Below are positions 48,029-57,226 of a DNA stretch of 64,000 bases, piece after piece. Under the pieces are notes generated by a model that worked only from the letters and a program-made list of their open reading frames with translations, was not told the origin of the DNA and searched no databases. The DNA is from an uncultured Planctomycetia bacterium (GTDB taxonomy: Bacteria; Omnitrophota; Gorgyraeia; Tantalellales; Tantalellaceae). The translations under genes were made by a program, and so were the position numbers. Every line of letters starts with the position of its first letter. Positions within the stretch are counted from its first letter, which is position 1. The DNA is taken from positions 18,991-82,990 of the forward strand of contig CAZMEZ010000003.1 in the NCBI GenBank assembly GCA_964565425.1, written 5' to 3'.

Positions 48029-49081
48029 ATGAGCAGATACTTTGCCGCTCTGGATGCGGGCAGCAGTGAAATAACGGCGGTAGCCGCAAAATGGAACAAA
48101 AACGGTGATTATTCGATCGAGGGTTTTTGCCGCTCGTCCTCCAGGGGGTTCAGCAAAGGTCTGGTCACGGATACCGCCCTGGCGATCGATTCGGTGGCCG
48201 GGGTGATGGACAAGCTTAAGGAAAAGACCGGCAAAAAAGTGCATGAACTGTACGCCGGCGTAAGCTCTACCTCTGTAGGCATCACCCCTTCCTCCGGGGT
48301 GCTTCTTCTTTCCAGGTACGGCAGGGAGGTAACCGAAACGGATATAAAAAAGTGCCTGGGGGCGGCTTCGATAATAAAGACCCCGATCGACAAGGAGCCC
48401 CTGCACAGTATAGTCCAGCGATTTTCCGTGGACGGGGAGAAAGAGATAAGGAATCCGCTTAACCTCGAAGGCGTGAAGCTGGAAGCGGAGGTCAACATAT
48501 TGACCATAAATTCCTCCGCTTTGAACAATATGGCAAAGTGTATTTCGCAAGCGGGATATTTTCCCGAGGGTTTCATTTTTTCGGGACTTGCGTCTTCTTG
48601 CCGGGTCCTGACCGATGACGACAAGAAGATCAATACATGCCTCTTGGACATAAACAGGGACCTGACGGAAGGCATGATCTTTTGTCGCGGACATTTAGCA
48701 TGGTGCAAGGTCTTTCCCGTCGGGACTGCCGACCTCGTTGAAGGAAGCGGTTCGGTCAACATGGACAACCTGGAAAAACTGGCTTCCCGCGTTATATCCC
48801 TCCAGGGGTGGAACAACGTGCGTTCCATGGTCGTGATAGGCGAAGGAGGACTTACGCACGACCTTGTTGAGTCGCTCGAGAGGTCCTTTCCTGTTCCGGT
48901 AAGGGCGGGGACCTGTATAGCCCGGCCTTTTGAAGACCTTCCTCCCGAAAGGATAGGGTACATAGGGAGCCTTGGTATACTTGACTACCTTCAGGAAGAG
49001 AATAAAGGACGGATGCGGTCCGGGAACGTCCTGAAGAGGGGTTTCCATCGCGTTCTGAGTTTTATGGATCGGTACTTCTAG
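48029..49081 (+). CDS. ftsA: Cell division protein FtsA (actin-like ATPase)
   Basis: YFAALDAGSSEITAV phosphate-1 motif and an actin-like fold; C-terminal amphipathic helix (LKRGFHRVLSFMDRYF); shorter than typical FtsA at 350 aa. Confidence 0.8.
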   Translation: MSRYFAALDAGSSEITAVAAKWNKNGDYSIEGFCRSSSRGFSKGLVTDTALAIDSVAGVMDKLKEKTGKKVHELYAGVSSTSVGITPSSGVLLLSRYGREVTETDIKKCLGAASIIKTPIDKEPLHSIVQRFSVDGEKEIRNPLNLEGVKLEAEVNILTINSSALNNMAKCISQAGYFPEGFIFSGLASSCRVLTDDDKKINTCLLDINRDLTEGMIFCRGHLAWCKVFPVGTADLVEGSGSVNMDNLEKLASRVISLQGWNNVRSMVVIGEGGLTHDLVESLERSFPVPVRAGTCIARPFEDLPPERIGYIGSLGILDYLQEENKGRMRSGNVLKRGFHRVLSFMDRYF

Positions 49082-49090
49082 ACATAAAAC

Positions 49091-49161
49091 CGTGAATTGT
49101 GAGTTGTGAATCGTAAATCGTGGTTTGATAACGACTCACGACTTACGATTCACGATTCACG
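49091..49161. repeat. GTGAATT stutter inverted repeat (family F1 copy, after ftsA)
   Basis: gtgaattgtgagttgtgaatcgtaaatcgtgg ... cgactcacgacttacgattcacgattcacg. Confidence 0.8.
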
Positions 49162-49242
49162 TATCATACCACCCCCAGCCTGTCACACTTCCATTGACAT
49201 ACCAGCTAAATTATGATAATTTTAACCATTACAATGACAGGT

Positions 49243-49323
49243 TTTAGGTGTTAGGTTCTAGGTTTTGGGCGTTATTCGCACAGTTGAGACCTAGAACCTG
49301 AAACCTAGAACCTTGAACCTAAA
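49243..49323. repeat. GGTTCTAGG/CCTAGAACC inverted repeat upstream of proC
   Basis: aggtgttaggttctaggttttgggcgtt...gagacctagaacctgaaacctagaaccttgaacct. Confidence 0.8.
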
Positions 49324-49334
49324 AAGGGATCATT

Positions 49335-50132
49335 ATGGGTAACTTCACCGTAGGCATAATAGGGTGCGGTAACATGGGAAGCGCCATAGTCAGGGGAATG
49401 GTCGAGAAGAAGGTTCTCGGCGGCGATTCTATCTTCTTATACGACAAAGATATACAAAAGTCTGAGACACTGGCGGGAAAGACCGGCTGCGCCCTTGGGG
49501 AGCTCTCCCGTATGGTGAGGGGCTCGGATCTTCTCATAATAGCCGTTAAACCGCAGGATTCGGAGGCGCTTTTTCGGGAGATAGCTTCCGACATCGCAGA
49601 TCAGACGGTAGTTTCCGTCATGGCAGGGGTAAGCATAGAGGTCATTACCGGAAGGCTGGGGAAAGTCCCCGTGGTAAGGGCAATGCCCAACATGGCGGCC
49701 GTTGTTTCCGAAGGGGTCACGTGCATAGCGCGTAATGACCTGGTAAAGAGAATGGAAGAGGTGAAAAACATTTTCACCGGCATCGGCAGTGTCGTTGAAA
49801 TAGAGGAAAAATTCATGGATGCCGTAACGGCCCTTTCGGGAAGCGGTCCGGCCTATCTGTTCTACCTGGCCGGATCCATGATCGAAGCCGCCGTTGAGAT
49901 GGGGATCGATGAGCGAAAGGCGGAGATGCTGGTAAAGCAGACACTTTACGGCGCGTCATGCCTTTTGCGCGGGGCGGACGAGAATCCGGAAAAGCTTATC
50001 GAGAAAGTAGCGTCAAGGGGCGGTACCACGGAAGCGGCGCTCGGGGTTTTCAAGGAAGACGATCTTAAGGGGATAATCAAGACGGCCATCAAAAAGGCCA
50101 GAGAACGTTCAGGGGAACTGTCGAAGGGGTGA
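49335..50132 (+). CDS. proC: Pyrroline-5-carboxylate reductase
   Basis: VGIIGCGNMGSAI Rossmann motif and ProC C-terminal dimerisation domain. Confidence 0.9.
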   Translation: MGNFTVGIIGCGNMGSAIVRGMVEKKVLGGDSIFLYDKDIQKSETLAGKTGCALGELSRMVRGSDLLIIAVKPQDSEALFREIASDIADQTVVSVMAGVSIEVITGRLGKVPVVRAMPNMAAVVSEGVTCIARNDLVKRMEEVKNIFTGIGSVVEIEEKFMDAVTALSGSGPAYLFYLAGSMIEAAVEMGIDERKAEMLVKQTLYGASCLLRGADENPEKLIEKVASRGGTTEAALGVFKEDDLKGIIKTAIKKARERSGELSKG

Positions 50133-50431
50133 TCATGTTCATTTTCGCCGAATTTTTGCGAAGTCTCGCTTTGCTCGTTTCGCTTGTGTTCAATGTCGTG
50201 TTCTTTCTTCTTGTCATCCGGATAATTCTTTCCTGGGTCAACCCCGATCCATATAACGAGATAGTGCAGATCATTTACAGGGTGACGGAGCCGATACTGG
50301 CGCCGTTCCGCAGGTTGCCACTGCAGGCGGGCGGGATAGATTTTTCGCCGATAATCGCGTTTATCCTCTTGAGTGTCCTGCGTAATTTGATGGTGAACAT
50401 ACTTTATCAGATAGCTTATCGTCTGGGATAA
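50129..50431 (+). CDS. yggT: YggT/YlmG-family membrane protein
   Basis: ~100 aa, 2-TM YggT family signature (LVIRIILSWVNPDPYN); ATGA overlap with proC. Confidence 0.8.
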   Translation: MIMFIFAEFLRSLALLVSLVFNVVFFLLVIRIILSWVNPDPYNEIVQIIYRVTEPILAPFRRLPLQAGGIDFSPIIAFILLSVLRNLMVNILYQIAYRLG

Positions 50432-50494
50432 AAGTGGTGAACGGGTAACGCCCAAGACATGTCACGCGTCACCCGTCACCCGTCACTTTTTTAT
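50432..50494. repeat. GTCACCC stutter hairpin plus T-run (yggT-yggU spacer)
   Basis: ggtgaacgggtaacgcccaagacatgtcacgcgtcacccgtcacccgtcactttttt. Confidence 0.7.
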
Positions 50495-50728
50495 ATGAGA
50501 ATAGAGATCAAGGTCTTTCCCAAATCTTCGAGAGAGCAGTTCGTTGAAAAGGACGGGAAGTTGAAGGCTTACGTGAAGGCCCCGCCGGATAAGGGCAAGG
50601 CCAATAAGGCCCTGATAGAGCTTATAGCAAAGGCATATAAGGTAAAAAAGAGCGAGGTGAAGATAATCGCGGGAGAGACGGGCAGGAACAAGGTGGTAGA
50701 GGTATCCGGGACGCGGGGGAAGCGATAA
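50495..50728 (+). CDS. yggU: DUF167/YggU-family protein
   Basis: IKVFPKSSREQF...GKANKALIELIAKAYKVKKSEVKIIAGETGRNKVVEV matches the UPF0235 family; start at ATG 50495 (the track start lies in a repeat). Confidence 0.7.
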   Translation: MRIEIKVFPKSSREQFVEKDGKLKAYVKAPPDKGKANKALIELIAKAYKVKKSEVKIIAGETGRNKVVEVSGTRGKR

Positions 50729-50875
50729 GTGATAGGTGATACTTCCGTTGTTCGTCGATCGTCGTTCGAAATTCGGCACTACCGGCACTCATTACAAAGC
50801 ACAACGCGATATTCGAACCCCGAACTACGGACGACGAACTTGTGCCTTAAGCACGGATAACAAAAGGACAAAATC
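50729..50875. repeat. GTTCGTCG/CGAACTACGGACGACGAAC inverted stutter (family F3)
   Basis: gttgttcgtcgatcgtcgttcgaaattcgg ... cgaaccccgaactacggacgacgaacttgtgcc. Confidence 0.7.
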
Positions 50876-51739
50876 ATGGGAAGGATAGGCATAATAGGCG
50901 GAAGCGCTCTTTATCAAATCGAGGGGCTGGATGTTACGGAGACAAAGGAGGTCTCTACGCCTTTCGGCGAGCCTTCGGACGAACTGGTCATCGGGAAATT
51001 GGCGGGAAAAGAAGTAGCGTTTCTCCCCAGGCACCAGAGGACCCATAGCCTGCTCCCCACGGAAATAAACTACAGGGCGAACATATTCGCCATGAAACTT
51101 ATGGGTGTCGACAGGATAATATCCATTTCGGCCGTCGGCAGTCTTAAGGAAGAAGTAAAGCCGCTGGATGTGCTCCTTGTGGACCAGTTCATAGACAGGA
51201 CCAACCAGGGCCGGTCCACGACCTTTTTCGGCGATGGTTTCGTGGCGCACGTGGCTTTCGCTCAGCCGGTATGTTCCGAGATGAAGGATATTATCTATAA
51301 AAGCAACCGCGCGCTTGATATCAAGATACACGACGGAGGGACGTATATCAACATGGAAGGCCCCGCTTTTTCCACGAAGGCCGAGTCATATCTTTACAAG
51401 AGCTGGGGCGCCGATGTGATAGGAATGACAAACATACAGGAAGCGCGCCTTTCAAGGGAAGCCGGTATTTGCTATTCCACGATCGCTATGATAACGGATT
51501 ACGATTGCTGGCATCTAAGCCCGGAAGTCGAGACGGTATCGGTCGATGTTGTCCTGGAGAATCTCAACAAAAATGCCGATATGGCCAAAAAGATGCTGGT
51601 GAATACGATAAAGAGCCTTCCGGAGAAAAGGTCATGTGGTTGCGGCGAAGCGCTTCGCAACGCTATCGTTACCAGGAGGGAAGCCGTTCCGAAGGAGACG
51701 CTTGAGAGATTAAAGCCGATAATAGAGGGGTTTATTTGA
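50876..51739 (+). CDS. mtnP: S-methyl-5'-thioadenosine phosphorylase
   Basis: PNP/MTAP family (IGIIGGSALY; FLPRHQRTHSLLPTEINYRANI; GMTN). Confidence 0.85.
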   Translation: MGRIGIIGGSALYQIEGLDVTETKEVSTPFGEPSDELVIGKLAGKEVAFLPRHQRTHSLLPTEINYRANIFAMKLMGVDRIISISAVGSLKEEVKPLDVLLVDQFIDRTNQGRSTTFFGDGFVAHVAFAQPVCSEMKDIIYKSNRALDIKIHDGGTYINMEGPAFSTKAESYLYKSWGADVIGMTNIQEARLSREAGICYSTIAMITDYDCWHLSPEVETVSVDVVLENLNKNADMAKKMLVNTIKSLPEKRSCGCGEALRNAIVTRREAVPKETLERLKPIIEGFI

Positions 51740-51792
51740 TCGGCGTTCGTCGTTAGTCGTTCGCAGTTCGCAGTTCGCAGAACGGGAATGAT
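51740..51792. repeat. GTTCGTC/GTTCGCA stutter (mtnP-ileS spacer, family F3)
   Basis: ggcgttcgtcgttagtcgttcgcagttcgcagttcgcagaacgg. Confidence 0.75.
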
Positions 51793-54624
51793 ATGAGTAA
51801 AGAGAAGACTAAAAATTATAAGGATACTTTGAACCTGCCGAAGACCGCTTTCCCCATGAAGGCCAGTCTTCCCCGGAAGGAACCCGAGGTCCTCAAAAGA
51901 TGGCAGCAGGAAGACATCTACGGGAAAATAATGGACGGGCGCAAAGACGCCGACAAAACCTTCATACTGCATGACGGGCCTCCATATGCCAACGGTCACA
52001 TACACATGGGCCATGTCCTTAACAAAATGCTCAAGGACATCTGCGTCAAGTACTTTACCATGAAAGGTTTCAGGTCCCCGTTCATACCGGGATGGGACTG
52101 CCACGGCCTTCCGGTCGAGCATCAGCTTTTCAAGGAGCTGGAAATATCGAAGCACGATATCGATCAGGTCAAGTTCCGCAAGAAGGCGTACGATTATGCC
52201 ATGAAGTTCGTGGGCATACAGGCGGCGGAGTTCCAGCGGCTGGGTATTTTCGGTGACTGGGAGAAGCCTTATCTGACGCTTGCCAGGGATTACGAAGCCG
52301 ATATACTTTCCGCACTTGCCGATCTTTACAAGAAGGGTTATATATACAAGGACCTGAAGCCGGTCAACTGGTGTAAGGATTGCGAGACCGCCCTGGCGGA
52401 AGCCGAGGTGGAATACGAAGAAAGGACGTCCCCCTCGATATACGTAAAGTTCAGGTCCGGGCAAAAGATAGACGATAAACCGGCATTTTTCGTGATATGG
52501 ACCACTACGCCATGGACACTTCTGGCGAATGCGGCCGTGGCGCTTCATCCTTCGTTTAATTACGCGCAGGTAAAAACAGGCGGCGAGATCTGGATAATGG
52601 ACGAGGACAGGGTTGGAGCCGTGATGAAAGAATCCGGTGTCGAGGGCTATGAGATACAGGGCAGGAAGACCGGCGAAGAAATGATAGATGAGCACAAGGC
52701 GGTAAGGCATCCCTTCATCGACCGCGAATCGGTGCTGGTCCCGGCCGAATATGTTACAAAAGAGGACGGAACGGGGTGTGTCCATACCGCGCCGGGGCAC
52801 GGACAGGAAGATTACGTAACGGGCAAGAAATTCAACCTGCCCGTTATAATGCCGGTCGATGACAGAGGCAGGTTCACCAAAGAAGCAGGCGAGTTCGCCG
52901 GTCTTGATGTCATGAAGGCAAATAAGGAGATAATCGGCAAAATGCGCGCGGATGGGACACTCATATGGGCGGGGGAGGTCACTCATTCGTATCCGCATTG
53001 CTGGCGCTGCAGGCAGCCGATCATATTTCGCGCGACGGAACAATGGTTCATGGATATAGATCATGACGGGCTGCGGGAAAAAATGACCGGGACGATCGCG
53101 AACGAAGTCGAATGGATCCCGGCAATGGGAATGGAACGCATAGGGGCGATGGTGAAGATGCGTCCCGATTGGTGCCTTTCGCGTCAGAGGTACTGGGGGG
53201 TTCCCATACCCTCTTTCAGGTGCGCGTCATGCGGCGAATCCGTTACGAGCGCGGAAACAATAAAGAAAATCGCGGAACTGACCAGGCGGGAAGGCTCCGA
53301 TGTCTGGTTCGAAAAAAGCGCCGAGGACCTTATGGGCTCCGACCTTTCCTGCAAATGCGGTAAGAAGGAATTTCGGAAGGAGAGCGACATACTCGATGTG
53401 TGGTTCGACTCCGGGGTAAGTCATAAGGCCGTTCTCGAAGCGAGGGAGGAGCTTGGATTCCCGGCGGATCTGTATCTCGAGGGGTCCGACCAGCACAGGG
53501 GGTGGTTTCAGGCGGCGCTGATAACCGCGATGGCCATAAAAGGGGAATCTCCTTACCGAAAGGTTCTTACTCACGGGTTCGTGGTGGACGGCGAGGGCAA
53601 AAAGATGTCGAAGTCCGTGGGCAACGTAATAAGCCCCGAGGATGTGATGAAAAAGTATGGCGCCGACATACTAAGGTTATGGGTGGCATCAAGCGATTAC
53701 GTCGGGGACATAAAACTTTCGACGGAAATACTGGAGCGCCTGGCCGACGGCTACAGGAAGATACGCAATACTTTCCGTTTTTTTCTCAGCAATCTTTACG
53801 ATTTTGATCCGGCGGGCGACGCGGTCGATCCCGCGGCAATGTCCGAAACGGACAGGTGGATGCTTTCCGCGCTGCACGGCCTGGTCAGAGATGTCACCGG
53901 ATATTACGATAACTGGGAGTTCCACAAGGTCTACAGGGCGGTATATAATTTCTGCGTGTACGAGGTCAGCGCTTTTTATCTTGACGTCATGAAAGACTTG
54001 TTGTATATACTCTCTCCGGGCGATCCCGCCAGGAGGTCGGCGCAGACCGTCATGTTCAGGATGCTGCACGCGCTTGTCCGCATGGTGGCGCCGATACTTT
54101 CATTTACCGCCGAAGAAGTATGGGGATACATGGAATTCGACGGTAAAGAGGACAGTGTCCACATGTCGAACTGGCCCGATGCCGATAAAGAGATGCGAGG
54201 GTGGGGGGATCCCGCCCTGGATGCGAAATGGAAGAAGATACTCGGGATGCGGGACGGGGTAATGAAGGTCCTCGAGAGGAGGCGGGAAGAGGGGGTTATA
54301 GGCAGCTCCCTCGAGGCAGCCGTGACCCTGTGTTCCGATAACGTTGACCTGCTGGATTTCATAAACGAGAACATCGAACTCTTGCCGGCGCTTTTCAAGA
54401 TATCAAAGGCCACGGCATCGGGGGAACCCGTTAAGGACGCGGAAGAGATACCGGGCTTTCCGGTCAAGGTGGCCGTGACCCGCGCAAGCGGCGCCAAGTG
54501 CCAGAGATGCTGGAATTACAGCGAGACCGTGGGTGAGCGGAAAGATTCCCCCGATCTTTGCGAACGATGTTATAATATAACCTCGGAAAGGAGCAATAAT
54601 GGTAAAAAAGAAGACAACGGGTAA
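51793..54624 (+). CDS. ileS: Isoleucine--tRNA ligase
   Basis: Class I HMGH and KMSKS motifs, editing domain, and C-terminal Zn-finger cysteines. Confidence 0.95.
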   Translation: MSKEKTKNYKDTLNLPKTAFPMKASLPRKEPEVLKRWQQEDIYGKIMDGRKDADKTFILHDGPPYANGHIHMGHVLNKMLKDICVKYFTMKGFRSPFIPGWDCHGLPVEHQLFKELEISKHDIDQVKFRKKAYDYAMKFVGIQAAEFQRLGIFGDWEKPYLTLARDYEADILSALADLYKKGYIYKDLKPVNWCKDCETALAEAEVEYEERTSPSIYVKFRSGQKIDDKPAFFVIWTTTPWTLLANAAVALHPSFNYAQVKTGGEIWIMDEDRVGAVMKESGVEGYEIQGRKTGEEMIDEHKAVRHPFIDRESVLVPAEYVTKEDGTGCVHTAPGHGQEDYVTGKKFNLPVIMPVDDRGRFTKEAGEFAGLDVMKANKEIIGKMRADGTLIWAGEVTHSYPHCWRCRQPIIFRATEQWFMDIDHDGLREKMTGTIANEVEWIPAMGMERIGAMVKMRPDWCLSRQRYWGVPIPSFRCASCGESVTSAETIKKIAELTRREGSDVWFEKSAEDLMGSDLSCKCGKKEFRKESDILDVWFDSGVSHKAVLEAREELGFPADLYLEGSDQHRGWFQAALITAMAIKGESPYRKVLTHGFVVDGEGKKMSKSVGNVISPEDVMKKYGADILRLWVASSDYVGDIKLSTEILERLADGYRKIRNTFRFFLSNLYDFDPAGDAVDPAAMSETDRWMLSALHGLVRDVTGYYDNWEFHKVYRAVYNFCVYEVSAFYLDVMKDLLYILSPGDPARRSAQTVMFRMLHALVRMVAPILSFTAEEVWGYMEFDGKEDSVHMSNWPDADKEMRGWGDPALDAKWKKILGMRDGVMKVLERRREEGVIGSSLEAAVTLCSDNVDLLDFINENIELLPALFKISKATASGEPVKDAEEIPGFPVKVAVTRASGAKCQRCWNYSETVGERKDSPDLCERCYNITSERSNNGKKEDNG

Positions 54625-55012
54625 AAAGTCTTTTGTAAAAAAGGACTTGGAATCCATAAGAAAACAACTGGTAAAGGAAAAAGCCAAGATACTCGAGGAC
54701 ATAATAAGCCTCCAGGGCGATTCGGTTAAGAAGTCACTTAAGGACGCTTCCGGCGATCTTTCAGGTTATACTTTCCATATGGCTGACATGGCCACGGACC
54801 TCTACGACCGCGAATTTTCGCTGGAGCTGTCGGAAGGCGAAAGGGAGAGGTTGTTCGCCCTCGATGAAGCCATAAGACGTATAGATGAAGGAACGTATGG
54901 GAAGTGTTCCAGCTGCGGTCGCGCCATCTCAAAACAGCGCCTTAAAGTCATGCCGCAGGCGGAACTCTGTATCAAATGCCAGGAAAAGAAAGAAAGATCC
55001 GGGGGGAGATAG
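54599..55012 (+). CDS. DksA/TraR-family C4-type zinc-finger protein
   Basis: C-terminal CSSCGRAISKQRLKVMPQAELCIKCQ four-Cys finger after a coiled coil. Confidence 0.75.
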   Translation: MVKKKTTGKKSFVKKDLESIRKQLVKEKAKILEDIISLQGDSVKKSLKDASGDLSGYTFHMADMATDLYDREFSLELSEGERERLFALDEAIRRIDEGTYGKCSSCGRAISKQRLKVMPQAELCIKCQEKKERSGGR

Positions 55013-55461
55013 TTCTTATCTACTCCGTTTCCGCTCTTGTGTTCCTGCTGGACCAGGTATCGAAACATTTCGTAAGAACGATGTTCCAGCAGGGCAGCAG
55101 CATCCCCGTCATCGATGATCTGTTCCACATCACTTTAGTGTACAACACCGGAGCCGCTTTCGGCATGCTCAAAGCCTGGCCATATCTTTTCGTTGCCGTT
55201 TCCGTTCTGGCGGTGGCGATCATAAACTACATGTTTCTCAAAAAACGGCACGTCCTTAAACCGGGAGAAAAAGCCGCTCTCTGCTTTATAATGGCGGGGA
55301 CGCTGGGCAACCTTGCGGACAGGATCCGATTGGGATGCGTTGTGGATTTCATCGACCTGAGGGTGTGGCCGGTCTTTAATGTCGCGGATAGCTTCATCAC
55401 GATAGGCGCCGTGATGCTGGGCTGGTCCATCTTCATGGGGATCAGGAGGCGTAATGCATAG
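54976..55461 (+). CDS. lspA: Lipoprotein signal peptidase II
   Basis: LLDQVSKHFV, NTGAAFG and FNVADS motifs of peptidase A8. Confidence 0.85.
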   Translation: MPGKERKIRGEIVLIYSVSALVFLLDQVSKHFVRTMFQQGSSIPVIDDLFHITLVYNTGAAFGMLKAWPYLFVAVSVLAVAIINYMFLKKRHVLKPGEKAALCFIMAGTLGNLADRIRLGCVVDFIDLRVWPVFNVADSFITIGAVMLGWSIFMGIRRRNA

Positions 55462-56215
55462 AATAATCGGGCAGATAGGGCCCTTTACGTTGTATTCCTA
55501 CGGCTTGATGGTCGCCATCGGTTTTCTTTTGTCTACCGTTCTTATTCTCAGGGATTCCGGCAAGTTCAATCTTTCGAGGGATGATGTTTTTGACTGCCTT
55601 ATAGCGGTTTTGGCGGGCGGTATCGCCGGCGGGCGCCTTTTGTTCGTTTTCATAAATTACAGGTACTATCTGGAAAATCCCTTGAGGATCTTCGCTATTT
55701 ACGAGGGCGGGCTGGCCATACAGGGAGCCCTGGCAGGCGCGGTCCTGAGCGGTGCCATAGTTGCCCTGGTCAAGGGGATGCCATTCTGGAGGACCAGCGA
55801 TCTCATCGCGCCTTACGCGGCGCTCGGACAGGCGGTGGGACGGATAGGGTGTTTCTTGAACGGGTGCTGTTATGGCACGGTGACGGAAAACGGGATAGGG
55901 GTCACATTCCCCGGTGAATCCTTTATGAGGGTGCCGATCCAGGTGTATTCCAGCCTTTTTCTCGTTCTCGTCTTTATTACCCTGATATCTCTGAGAGAGA
56001 AGCGCCCTTTTGACGGAGCCCTGTTCTCCATTTATCTTGTCCTGTATTCGTTCTTCAGATTTTTCGCCGATTATTTTCGCGGGGACGACTTGACCGCTTT
56101 CGGGGGCGGGTTAACGCTTTCACAGGTCATCAGCGCATTCACGTTCGCCTCCGGCGTTATCATTTTCCTGACGCTGGCGGTCCTCAAGGGAATGGGCGAA
56201 ACCGCAAAAAGGTGA
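55454..56215 (+). CDS. lgt: Prolipoprotein diacylglyceryl transferase
   Basis: Lgt signature GRIGCFLNGCCYG; multi-TM. Confidence 0.9.
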   Translation: MHRIIGQIGPFTLYSYGLMVAIGFLLSTVLILRDSGKFNLSRDDVFDCLIAVLAGGIAGGRLLFVFINYRYYLENPLRIFAIYEGGLAIQGALAGAVLSGAIVALVKGMPFWRTSDLIAPYAALGQAVGRIGCFLNGCCYGTVTENGIGVTFPGESFMRVPIQVYSSLFLVLVFITLISLREKRPFDGALFSIYLVLYSFFRFFADYFRGDDLTAFGGGLTLSQVISAFTFASGVIIFLTLAVLKGMGETAKR

Positions 56216-56221
56216 TCCGCT

Positions 56222-57139
56222 ATGGAGGAGATCAAGCTCAAGATAGATCCGGAAGAGGCCGGCGCCAGAATAGACAAGTGTGTCGCGGATAAGCTCGGGG
56301 AAGATTACTCCCGGACATACGTGAGATTCCTTATAGACCGGGGGTTTCTTCTCGTTAACGGGAAGAAGGAAAAGCCCAGGTATATCGCCAGGGCCGGCGA
56401 CGAGGTTGTTCTTTCTCTGGCGCCGCTCCCCAGGGACGAAGCATTGAAACCGGAAGACATGCCTCTGGACGTAGTTTACGAGGACGAACACATCGCGGTC
56501 ATTAACAAGCCCGCGGGCATGGTGGTCCATCCGGCCGCGGGCAACTGGAGCGGAACCCTTGTTAACGCGCTTCTTTTCCATTGCGGCAAGCTCGCGGACA
56601 GCGACGATGAGACGCGTCCGGGGGTCGTGCACCGCCTTGATAAGGATACCTCCGGCATTATCGTTGTCGCCAAGAACAGCAGGGCCATGCGGTCGCTTGG
56701 CAAGCAGTTCCAGAACAGGAAGGTGAAGAAAAAATACGTTGCTCTTGTCAAAGGACGCGTTGAAATGGATAATGGTGTTATAGACGCCCCTGTAGGCAGA
56801 CACCCCGCGAACAGACAAAAAATGGCCGTGAACACGGAGGGCGCCAGAGAAGCCAGGACCGTCTATCATGTAATAAAGAGATACGGGAACTTTACGCATC
56901 TCGAGGTCTATCCGGAAACGGGCAGGATGCATCAGATAAGGGTGCATCTGGATCACATCGGTTATCCGGTCCTGGGCGACAGTGTATACGGCAGGGATGC
57001 CAGGTTTGGCCGCCAGGCGCTGCACGCCGAGATGATAGGTTTTACGCATCCGGATTCCGGCAAGTACATGGAATTCCGCGCGCCCCTGCCGGAGGATATG
57101 CGGAAGTTCTTAGCGGAAGCGGAGAAGGGCAAGAAATAG
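56222..57139 (+). CDS. rluD: RluA-family 23S rRNA pseudouridine synthase (RluD-like)
   Basis: S4-like N-terminus plus catalytic HRLDKDTSG motif. Confidence 0.85.
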   Translation: MEEIKLKIDPEEAGARIDKCVADKLGEDYSRTYVRFLIDRGFLLVNGKKEKPRYIARAGDEVVLSLAPLPRDEALKPEDMPLDVVYEDEHIAVINKPAGMVVHPAAGNWSGTLVNALLFHCGKLADSDDETRPGVVHRLDKDTSGIIVVAKNSRAMRSLGKQFQNRKVKKKYVALVKGRVEMDNGVIDAPVGRHPANRQKMAVNTEGAREARTVYHVIKRYGNFTHLEVYPETGRMHQIRVHLDHIGYPVLGDSVYGRDARFGRQALHAEMIGFTHPDSGKYMEFRAPLPEDMRKFLAEAEKGKK

Positions 57140-57141
57140 GA

Positions 57142-57216
57142 TGTCGTGTTATGTGTAAAGTGTCATGTGTCATGAAGGGTGCCGACACATTACACATTAC
57201 ACGTGACACATAACAC
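57142..57216. repeat. GTGTTAT/GTGTCAT ... ACATTAC/ATAACAC inverted repeat (family F2, rluD-aroA spacer)
   Basis: tgtcgtgttatgtgtaaagtgtcatgtgtcatg...gacacattacacattacacgtgacacataacac. Confidence 0.8.
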
Positions 57217-57226
57217 AGGGAAAAAC

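Noticed and set aside
51499-53064. 521-aa minus-strand ORF, and other long antisense ORFs (711-1469, 10489-11466, 44379-45569, 56120-57049, 62072-62977)
   Set aside because: They lie entirely antisense to strongly conserved genes (ileS, the HEAT protein, the PhoH-PIN gene, murC, rluD, mrdA) and have no recognisable domains and skewed composition: shadow ORFs.
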